Shown here piece after piece: positions 1-10,000 of a stretch of DNA of 64,000 nucleotides. A program made the translations under genes and the position numbers. The stretch lies in assembly GCF_009914755.1 (NCBI RefSeq), contig NC_060931.1; one strand, given 5' to 3'. Positions within the stretch are counted from its first letter, which is position 1, and the number at the start of each line of letters is the position of its first letter. The notes beneath the pieces are model-generated. The model saw nothing but the letters and a program-made list of their open reading frames with translations. It did no database searches and had not been told where the DNA came from. The DNA is from the human T2T-CHM13v2.0 reference genome, Homo sapiens.

Positions 1-1649
1 AGAAAATTCTATCAGAATGTCAACCTTTTTTATATCCTAAAATAGGCAAATACTAATTAAAACAAAATGGTCTGGGGGATTGAATTACCCTCTACTGACC
101 TCCATTTTTCTCATCTTGTTAATGCAGTTCTTACTGAAATTAACATTTGTCTGAACTGTTCAAGAGTAACTAAAAAAAACCAAAGTTTGCATTTTATATC
201 ATTCATTTACTTTACATATACAATCAAAGCACTCTAACAGGTTACAGATTGGTGTTTTTACTCATATAGGTGTATGTCAACTTTCTTTTATAGGGGAGAT
301 TTGCTTCAAAGAATTATACAAAAAACTGGCATAAATATGACCACTCACAAAATGTGTTTAAATAAGTAAATAATATGGAAAAATACAACACAAATATGTA
401 ATGAATATTTGAAAACCCTGGTTTCTGAAGAGTTTAGATAGGGATTGTTTACATTATAATCTACTTGGTATTTCTTTAAATACCAATGTATCCCAAAATA
501 ATTATTCGATTCACATGCTTTTCTCTGAAACATATTTGCTTTATGTAATTTATTTAAAGGCTCAGATAACCAGAATGAATTCAACCTAACGCAAGGATTA
601 AAAGAATGTAAGAGATCTGTCCAAGATCTGGGAATACATCGAATCCTTCCTACTCATTTTCATCAGAAGCCCTCGCCTCTGTGAAGACAGATGGGAGCTC
701 CATCTACATTCAGGCAGGAAGGCCACTCAACTAAAGTTTAAAGTTTTACAAGGAAAATTCCTACAGCTTGCTTTAGGAGGGAAGGGTGGAGAACATTCTG
801 TTTTACAGGACACTCCACCCTCAGCTATATCCCCTTGATTAATTATGTAACCAGATCTCCTTCATCAACTTACCGATTAGGTAATGGCAGGTATTTCTGA
901 TGCTTGGTATGGGGTCTGAGTGAGGAGGGTCCTAAAAATATTACTTATGCAGCTGTTTTGCATAGCATTAAAGTGAAAAGCTTTAACTTGCAGTACAAGT
1001 TAACATTTGTTCCAGACTTTTTTTTTTAAACTATTATTTTAGCATGTAAGCCTTATAGACATAAATCCTGTCTACTGATACATTATAAAGTCTCAGAAAA
1101 GTCAGTGATTATATACAGGAAAGTAGATAAAGGAGAAATTTCAAATGCATAAGAACAAGCAAAAAGGTATTCGTAAGGTATTAGAAACTATTAGCATTTT
1201 AGTATAAATAACTGGTGAATACAGCAAAATGAATAATTTGTGGTTAGTATAAATCAGCTAAATTCTTGTAATGCACAACTAACTACACATATTCTTCAGC
1301 CCACGGAGGCCATACAATGGAGATTTGGGATTCTAACTTTGTTTTCAAAATGGAGAAGTGCAGAAACTTTGAATCTTTTAAAATTTATCTTCCATCTGTT
1401 TCCTGTAATATCAAGATTTAGAGCAAGGTCTAAAGCTTTATCTTACGTAAAAGCTGGGTGCCTAATATGTATCTGTCCTGACCTCCCATGGAAACAATTA
1501 TCAGGCTTCAGATATTTTGTCTCTCAATTTTTTAACTTGAAAGTACATGGCTATTTATTTTTGCACTTATTTTTTGTTTTTATTGTGCAATTTTTCAACA
1601 TATGGCAAAGTTGAAAGAATACCACAAATGTTTGTATACCTTTCATAAT

Positions 1650-1723
1650 TGTGTATATGTGTATGTGTGTGTATATATATATGTATATATGTATATATAT
1701 ATATGTATATATGTGTATATATA

Positions 1724-1768
<45 letters not shown>

Positions 1769-1769
1769 G
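1650..1769. repeat. (TA/TG)n microsatellite, ~120 bp alternating purine-pyrimidine
   Basis: Directly visible. Confidence 0.95.
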
Positions 1770-2920
1770 AATGTTGCAGCATGCATTTCCTGAGAATAAG
1801 GATCTTCTCTTTATTCTAGAGGTATATACCTCTACAGGTGATAGAGGTATATAACCACAATACCTCTATCACCTGTAAAATCCCGATTCCAGGACACAAC
1901 ATAGATAAATTAAATAAAAATTTTTGTAGTGGAGCCAAGGATCCGTAATTTTTACAGTTCTCAAGTGACTACAATATGCAACAAATGTTGAGAACCACTG
2001 TCCACACATTAATTAAATTTGTTAAATATTTTCAGTAAAGAATACATTTTGTTTCTTAATATGAATAAGAATGATAGCCTTTTAAAGTTTAGCAAATCTA
2101 AATTATATATTTTAGGTCAGCATTTTACAATAATTTACATTTCCTTAAGCTGTTCTTATCAAGTTAATAATTTTCTTTGTTAAATAAATGTATTTTATCT
2201 TAATTTCAGTTTCTTCTATATCATGATTTAAAATGCAGAAAGTATGTATTATGTAGTTTTCAAATATATTTATCTCCAAAGTTAAATGGATTTTAGTAAA
2301 AATGATATTTATACATATATATTTTAATAAAATGTTTAATAAATTAGACATGAATCTTAGCATGTGAAACATAAAACTTTTTTATAACTTTCCCCATAAT
2401 CAAACTTCAAATTCGTAAGAATTAAAAGTCCGGAAAGAAAGAAATCGAAATCCAAACTTACTGCATGTTAACATTTTAATAATGTACTTTCATGTGTTAA
2501 AAACCTAAATGTTTCTTGCAACAAAGCATTATCCATAAGTGAATAAAAATAATTTTGACTAATAACAAATTATTCCTATCTTGTAGTTTCTTTGTCAGAA
2601 TTAAGATTAGCATTATCTATTAATTACTTCTCTGTGGCTTCTATGACATTGTTGTATCCAAGCAAGTAAAGAAGACATTAAGCATTTAGAAACAGCCCTT
2701 AGATGTCTATGTCTGTTCTTCAGTGTTAGGAGTAAAAGCAAGCAATGTGTAAACTGATTATTTTTAATAAATGAATCAGAACAGTTCAAAGTCAGATAAG
2801 TTATACATTTTAGACTGGGGCAGAAGTCACAAGACCCAGATTCTAGGCTATGATTAGCAGGGCACTTGATCTCTCTGGGCCTGAAGTTTCTCACCTGTTA
2901 AATGAAGGATTTAGTTATGC

Positions 2921-3449
2921 CAAAGGTCCCAAACTTTCTCAGTTCACAGCATTCCTAGTGTCTCAGTAATTTTTTCATGGTGTTGCAAGCTAAAAGAAAC
3001 ACCCAACAGTTCCATTTATTAAACAGTTAAACCCAAACTTATGTTTGTCTATCCTAACAACTTAGTAGCTATTTAAAAAATAATATACATTAACATTTTT
3101 TATTCTTAATGGGATGTGCACATCTGTTGGGCACTTCATAACTTCTCAAACTTAGGAATAAACTTGGAAACCGCTACCCTCATTCCTGTTCTACAGTAAT
3201 TTTCCCATAGTCCTTGTGTTTTATTACAGCAATTTACAAAAACACAGCCTCACAAAGATACGATGTCAAAAGGAATGAAGTACAATTTAATGTGTAGAAG
3301 TTCTGAACTACCTCAAGATAGTGGTTTGCACGGTGTCCAACTGATGTCACTGTGTTGGCCTTGAAAATTTAAAATATCCCATGATAGTGCCCCTGTGAGT
3401 TTGTTGTGGTGCTCCTGGGGTGCCTCAGTACATAGTTTAGGAAGCATGG
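2921..3449. mobile_element. hAT-Charlie DNA transposon relic (MER119-like)
   Basis: Begins ..ggtcccaaactttctcagttcac.. and ends ..agtttaggaagcatgg; resembles the recalled MER119 consensus. Confidence 0.6.
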
Positions 3450-3579
3450 ACTACCCTCTGTAAAATACTTCATATAGCTACAATGTGTGTTGTAAACTGT
3501 AAAAGACAATTCTGAGGGCCTGAAGTAAGGAGCTGCAGAATTGAAGAGGAGATTAAAAAGTGATACATGTTCAGTCTGC

Positions 3580-3918
3580 ATGAAATTCCCCTTCCTCCCC
3601 AGGTCACCTATAAAATGCCTACCTATGCCTACCTATAAAATGCCTACCTATGCCTCAAAACTCAGCTCAAGCTCCCTCAGGGAGGTTACCAAGTTACCCT
3701 TACCAAGTTAAATCCACCTATTATACATTCTCACAGTATTCATTTCACAGTACTTGTCCCAGTTGTAATTATACATTCATTTGTGTAACTATCTGGTTAA
3801 TTCTTGTCTCTCTCATTAGAATGTAAGCTCTAAGAGGAAAGAACATGTCTGATATCACTACTGTAACCCACAGTGTCTGGTATATTATAGGGGCTAAAAT
3901 CTTGCTTAGTGAAATGAA
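3580..3918 (+). mobile_element. LINE-2 3' fragment
   Basis: tagaatgtaagctc...cacagtgtctgg...tgaaatgaa L2 tail motifs. Confidence 0.55.
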
Positions 3919-4025
3919 CTGTGATAGAATAGGTTTAGCATTCATTTTGATTATTTTCCTTTATTCAAGAACAGCTGATATTTATAATAGCATTCCTAAA
4001 ACATTTTTCTCATACTATTTCGCAG

Positions 4026-4114
4026 GAGAAAGAAACCCATACACATACAGCTGCATCTGAAACCTCAGAAACTAAGCTCAACCCAATTGATTAAAAGGAT
4101 GTTCTTTGGATAAG
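4026..4114 (+). other. AHR: Candidate upstream non-coding exon A
   Basis: Acceptor tttttctcatactatttcgcag| and donor AAG|GTAATC; 89 nt. Confidence 0.5.
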
Positions 4115-4220
4115 GTAATCAAATGTTCACCGACTCTTATAGCCAAATTAATTATTATGAGATAAAAATCACGTAACTACAAAAAAAAAAACTGCTCACA
4201 AAAAAGTTTTTAAATCTTAG

Positions 4221-4353
4221 CAGATGGACACAAACCATACTTTGAGAACCATGTTCCACAGTGCCAATACAGGAAGTTTCTAGATAATGGCAGCTCATTT
4301 TTTAAAAATGGCACTACACTATACTGTATTCACATGCCAGCAAAACTGTTAAG
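4221..4353 (+). other. AHR: Candidate upstream exon B, with an alternative start (ATG 4334, MPAKLLR) in phase with exon 2
   Basis: Acceptor taaatcttag|cag; consensus donor AAG|GTAAGT at 4354; ATG to donor is 20 nt (phase 2, same as exon 1). Confidence 0.55.
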
Positions 4354-4385
4354 GTAAGTTCATGTCACTATTAAAATAAAATGAA

Positions 4386-4394
4386 TTCTGGGAA
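4386..4394. promoter_or_regulatory. STAT3/GAS element TTCTGGGAA
   Basis: Exact TTCN3GAA match ~2 kb upstream of the TSS. Confidence 0.5.
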
Positions 4395-6205
4395 TTTTGT
4401 TGATATTCAATTTTAATCTTAATTATGCAAAGATCTGTTACTTAACTAAGACTATGTAACATAATATAGCATATGACTTCTGGATAATGAAAATAATCCT
4501 AAACTTAACCATAAAAAAATAAGGGTATGAAAGTCAAAATAAGGTAGAAAATGACTGCACCAAATAGCCAACAACCTTAAAAAGGGTAGGATTTTTTTAA
4601 ATCACTAAATTAAGATTGGTTCATTGCATTTAGTACATCTCTTTTATGAAGAGGAGTTATAAGCTACAGAATCAATAAATTATGTTTTGATATAAATTTT
4701 TCACCCTTAAAGTTCCTAGCTAGGAGGAAATTATTCTTTTACACTTACACGTTTTAGATAGAATGGCTATAAGTAAGCACAGATAAATGAAGAAATGAAA
4801 GAGAAGGGAAAAATAGAGATGGTTGATTCTGCCTCTGCAATTGCTAATTCATAAACATCAAACTTTCCCAGTGTACACTGTCTTCTTTGGGAATTTGCTC
4901 CATCTTTTTCCTTAAACTGAAAGGTGGCTTACTGAGGCTATCACTTTCCTAAAGGTCTCCCCAATACTGCCTAATTATTTTCTCTTATCACAGGATACAG
5001 GGTGGATGTCCATCTACTTCCTTGTTGTCACTTCCCAGATCACTTTCACTTTATGCTCTTCTAAAATTAAAACAAAGATCATCGACCACAAAACACAATT
5101 GTTCTTTTGTAGCTCATGCTAGAATACCCTCTTTGTTACATCTCCTTCATTTTTCTGATCCAAAATTTAGTAGCCTACTATATCTCACCCACTGTCCTTC
5201 TTTCCTCCAGCTATGGTAGAGAACTGCTCCTCCAACTTTATGTACATTTGAATCACCTGGGAGTTCCTGTGAACTTCGGGTTCTGATTTAATAAGGACAC
5301 CCAAAGAGTCTGCATTTCCTGTAACTCTCAAAAGAAGCTGTGGAGTACTCTGAATAGCAAAGCACTGTAAGTGCTGTTTCTGTTAGTATCTAATCTATTA
5401 GTCCTAATCTCCCATTTATGCTTTGGCACTCATTCCCTCCTGCTTTCGGTATCTTAATATCTATCATTCCTTCACTCTTCCCTCAGGTTCCCTACATAGT
5501 TTATCTCTACCCCCTCTAAGCCGCTCAGTATCGCCCATTAAAGAACTAAACCAAAACTAGAAAACCCTCATTTAACCCTTCACTCCCCCTACATACAATC
5601 TGATGTGTCTCTCATCCACAGCTAAACTTGGAAGAAAAATTGCCTGCTTGAGGATGCCATTTTGTTATCTTCAGCTCAATCCTGTACCCACTTCAATGTT
5701 ATTTGCAGGCCCATTACCCCAACACTGCATTCACGAAAGTCATCAGTGACTACACATTGAGAAAACAAGAATGACATTTTCAGTTCTCAACTAATTTGAA
5801 TTTCTCAACAGTATTCAATATTGTTAATTACTCCCAATATTTTTCCACATGGTCCTCCATGACACAATACATAATAGTCCCCTTATTATCTATATTCCTG
5901 TCTATTGTAAAGACTTCCCCCGCACACCAAAAAAGGTCAAGGAAACTCCTAGCCTTCAAGTCTCAACTCAAATCTGGCCTTCTGAAGCCTTCCCAACTAG
6001 GAAAATATACAGTCCCATTGGTTGTCTACCAGTTGTCTACCAGTTAATTGTAATTCTTAGCCACAAGTTAGCTGACCCACCGTCTCTCAAACAGGTGAAG
6101 TTAAGCTCAATATTTGGCATATCTTGATATACTTTGTACAGTCTAGCTACAATAAGTTTACCTATGCACGAAGATGGCTACCGGCGGGGGGGGCGTCCTT
6201 ACGTC

Positions 6206-6220
6206 CTACGTCATCACGTG
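6206..6220. promoter_or_regulatory. Adjacent CRE-like site (CTACGTCA) and E-box (CACGTG)
   Basis: CTACGTCA at 6206-6213, CACGTG at 6215-6220. Confidence 0.65.
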
Positions 6221-6267
6221 CCGGGATGAGGGTGGGGCCCTCAAGGAAGACGGAATGGAATCCAGAT

Positions 6268-6337
6268 GGGCGGGGGCAAGCAGGACGGGGCGGGGCTACG
6301 CGGGATCTGGGCGGGGCGGGGCGGGGCGGGGCGGGGC
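6268..6337 (+). promoter_or_regulatory. Sp1/KLF GC boxes including a GGGC(GGGGC)5 repeat
   Basis: GGGCGG at 6268, GGGGCGGGGC at 6287, tandem GGGGC array at 6309-6337. Confidence 0.85.
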
Positions 6338-6394
6338 CGGTGAGGGGTCGGGGGTGCTCCTGCTATTCAGCCGGTGCGCGCGGCGGCGGGAGGC

Positions 6395-7007
6395 AGTGGC
6401 TGGGGAGTCCCGTCGACGCTCTGTTCCGAGAGCGTGCCCCGGACCGCCAGCTCAGAACAGGGGCAGCCGTGTAGCCGAACGGAAGCTGGGAGCAGCCGGG
6501 ACTGGTGGCCCGCGCCCGAGCTCCGCAGGCGGGAAGCACCCTGGATTTAGGAAGTCCCGGGAGCAGCGCGGCGGCACCTCCCTCACCCAAGGGGCCGCGG
6601 CGACGGTCACGGGGCGCGGCGCCACCGTGAGCGACCCAGGCCAGGATTCTAAATAGACGGCCCAGGCTCCTCCTCCGCCCGGGCCGCCTCACCTGCGGGC
6701 ATTGCCGCGCCGCCTCCGCCGGTGTAGACGGCACCTGCGCCGCCTTGCTCGCGGGTCTCCGCCCCTCGCCCACCCTCACTGCGCCAGGCCCAGGCAGCTC
6801 ACCTGTACTGGCGCGGGCTGCGGAAGCCTGCGTGAGCCGAGGCGTTGAGGCGCGGCGCCCACGCCACTGTCCCGAGAGGACGCAGGTGGAGCGGGCGCGG
6901 CTTCGCGGAACCCGGCGCCGGCCGCCGCAGTGGTCCCAGCCTACACCGGGTTCCGGGGACCCGGCCGCCAGTGCCCGGGGAGTAGCCGCCGCCGTCGGCT
7001 GGGCACC
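6395..7007 (+). other. AHR: AHR 5'UTR (~613 nt, GC-rich, no upstream ATG)
   Basis: I found no ATG between 6395 and 7007; the TSS position is recalled and approximate. Confidence 0.8.
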
Positions 7008-7072
7008 ATGAACAGCAGCAGCGCCAACATCACCTACGCCAGTCGCAAGCGGCGGAAGCCGGTGCAGAAAAC
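7008..7072 (+). CDS. AHR: AHR exon 1 coding part (MNSSSANITYASRKRRKPVQKT; first basic cluster of the bipartite NLS)
   Basis: gcaccATGa start at 7008; donor AC|GTGAGT at 7073; 65 nt, phase 2. Confidence 0.98.
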
Positions 7073-10000
7073 GTGAGTGTCCCGAGCGCGTCCTCATCGC
7101 GGGGGCTGGGCGCTCAGGCACGCGGGTGCGGGAGGCAGCCCCACCCCGCCCCCAAATCCCTGCGATCCTGGGATTAGGTCCATTCCCGGCACTGCCCGTG
7201 GAATCGAGGTTTGGAGGCCGGCTGGGAGACAGAGGACTTGGATTCTCCCGTTTTCAATGATTGCATTTTAAAAATTGTCCTCCCACCCATCCTCTTCCCC
7301 CGCACCAGTGCATACACACCCTCTCACATTTGCAACTTTGTTCTTTCTGATTTGGTCCTGATTTGTTGACAGCTCTGATCTGCCTTGGGCTAATGGATTA
7401 GTTAGTATAAACCTGTCTTGAAATCTCCTTCCACTTTTCATATCCGCATGGGTTAGGTTAGAGGACGGTCTTAATTCTCATTCTTCGTAGAGTTTGGTAA
7501 GGCGAGATGTTTTAAAGAGCTAAACACATGCTGACTTTTACGAAGGGGCTGAGTGCCTCTAAAGGTACTTTTTGGTCCCCACCAACTGGCTTTGTGTTGC
7601 GCTCATATTTACTTATTTGGCAGCAATTTTGTAGCGCTCATCGTGACCATATCGGTAAAGTGGATAGAAGTGGTAGCAGGTGGGAGTGGATGCAACGGAC
7701 AGGATACGGTGGAGGATTTGTATTCTTCAGACATCTTTTTCGGAAGCTTGCTTATCACTTTTGGGGTGGCTTTAGGGTCTGTAAAATAAAAGATTTAGAA
7801 CTGCATTTGAGAGAGGTTTTCATTCTTAACATCTACCTCTAATTCTTTTCCCCTTCAAAGTTTTCTTCTAGTTGAGTGAGTACAAACTTGCTTTTGTCGT
7901 TGTCGGTTGATTTTGGTGGAATATTTGTGTGAGATGGCCAATTTTTTGTGTGTGTCAGAAAAAACTATCCGTGCTCAAAACATTTCCTGTTGTGAGGTGG
8001 TTGTATTCATGTGTTTATTCCAATTTTTTTATTTCTAGATCTCTGAGTTACTTTACCTACATGTGTTTCAAGTTTTCGTAAACAATTTTAAGAACTCTTA
8101 AACGTCTTCTCAGACCAAATCAGAAGTGTGCATTTTGCTTAGACTCCAACTATCACTAATGGGAACCAGAAAAATAACACTTTAAGATTTACATTTAAAA
8201 CCAGTTATTGGTTTAAAGTTTCATTCTAAAATTTTAGTTTCCTTTCAGAATTTCAGTTATCATAGTTCTTCAGAAGTATACTTATGAATTGGCATTAACA
8301 GAGGATAATAATCTATAAATAGACTGATGAAAATTTGGAAGTTTTATGGTACAGTGTGTCTTAAGGGAATATTGTCAAACCAGCAGTTTTCTACCTTGGC
8401 AGTTTGAGACATCGGTTATTAATACTTTTAATTTTGTAGAATGGTTTCTTATATTAAAGTATGTTTGTCTTATTTGACATTGTCATTGATGGTTAAAGTT
8501 GGGAGGCATCCCAAATGTCTGTTCTATGTGTTTATTAATATAATAATACACTTAGCATCATATATAATAGGGGTGTCATGGGTTTTATGTGTATGGTGAG
8601 AAAACATGAAGATCTCCCTGATGTGTTTTTAAGATACTGGGTTTCAGTTAGGGTGTTATCAAAGGACCTGGATGGCTTTGTAAACAAAAACAAATGCCAT
8701 AATTTTGTATTCATTACACAGTTTAACATTTATGGATTTTGGTTATTTTGCGTAAAATGTACTTTTTATTAGATTATCCTAATATTATACTTACTTAGTT
8801 TTTAATATACTTGTATTAATTTCTTATAATATAACAAAAGTATTTTTTCCATTCACCCACATTTTGTTAGCATAGATGTTTATCAGATCTCTGCTGAGCA
8901 CCGTATATTGCTTCTAATCATACAGATGCCTTAAATATTACCAGCTTGCTCTGTAAGAATAGGCTAGTGCTGGCATTTTCATTATCAAGTGAAAGTGTTT
9001 ATATAAATTATTTTTACCTGAATGAAAAATTGTTAACTTTATAATGCAGTTAATCAAAGTTTATTTTAGAAATGAAGTCATTAAACCTAGTATTAAATTT
9101 GAGTTTTAAAATTAAACTACCAGTTTGTGGCCTAATGAGCCCCAAAACATGCCAACATTGGGGAAAATAGATCTTGTTTTGAGCTGAAAATGCTATCCAG
9201 ACCTACTTAACTTTGACCTCTTAAATGAGAGCCATTTTATTTTATTTACAGATAAAATATGCTGTAGCATTATTATAGGACTGTTTAAAAAGACAGCCAA
9301 TTAAATATAAATTTTATGGAATATAAGTATTCCATAAAATTTTGGAGTAAAGTAGGTGACAATTGTAACCTGAAGCTCTTTCAATCTTGAGTTGAATTTA
9401 TTAAGAAAAATCAACCCCCCCTAGTGGCGGCTCTCACATTGAAAATTATCTTTATTAGTAGGAAATACATTTTAAATGTGTTCAATTTAATCCCACTGAA
9501 GTATCTCCAACATAGTAGACTCTCAATAAATATTTCCTTTCTTTTTGGAGTAATGAAGGTTGGGAAATTAAAGGCTCTGAAGCAACTTTACGTCCAATTC
9601 ATGTTCCTACCTTCAAGAAGAAAATATCAAAGATAACTTTCATTATAGAATCTACTATAACTTTGCTTAGACTGTTGCCCCATACTTAGTGACCCTACTC
9701 AGAAAAAGAGAACAAATCCTGTGTTTATTTTATTCTCTTTGGAAATGAAAGTGTTTATTTATTTTGTCTCATGAAGATAGTCAAAAAGGCCATTATATAA
9801 TTAAATAGAATGTTTTTCCCTAGTGATAATTTTGTATATATTTTTGTATTTTTAAGGTTTTAATCATAAAGAAAAAGTTGTAATGGATTTCAGCTTACCT
9901 GTACATAGAAAGTTAGCACTGAATGTTGGCAAATAATAGGTGTTGAGAAAAGGGGATCTACACTTTAAAATGATACCAGCTGTAGTGGTGATTAAGCCAT

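Larger units (their letters stand above)
6160..7220. promoter_or_regulatory. CpG island / TATA-less AHR promoter
   Basis: Abrupt GC- and CpG-rich block in an AT-rich background, spanning exon 1. Confidence 0.95.

Noticed and set aside
1567-1793. Y/I/H/V-rich ORFs on both strands
   Set aside because: Translations of the (TA/TG)n microsatellite
6432-7123. GCGTG/CACGC XRE cores (6432, 6830, 6860, 7119) as autoregulatory sites
   Set aside because: Expected by chance in a CpG island; none has the full TNGCGTG context
6124-7271. Long G/A/R/P-rich ORFs (116, 160, 252, 88, 64 aa) as protein-coding genes
   Set aside because: Stop-poor CpG island with no recognisable domain; only the GUG uORF and the antisense donors were kept as leads
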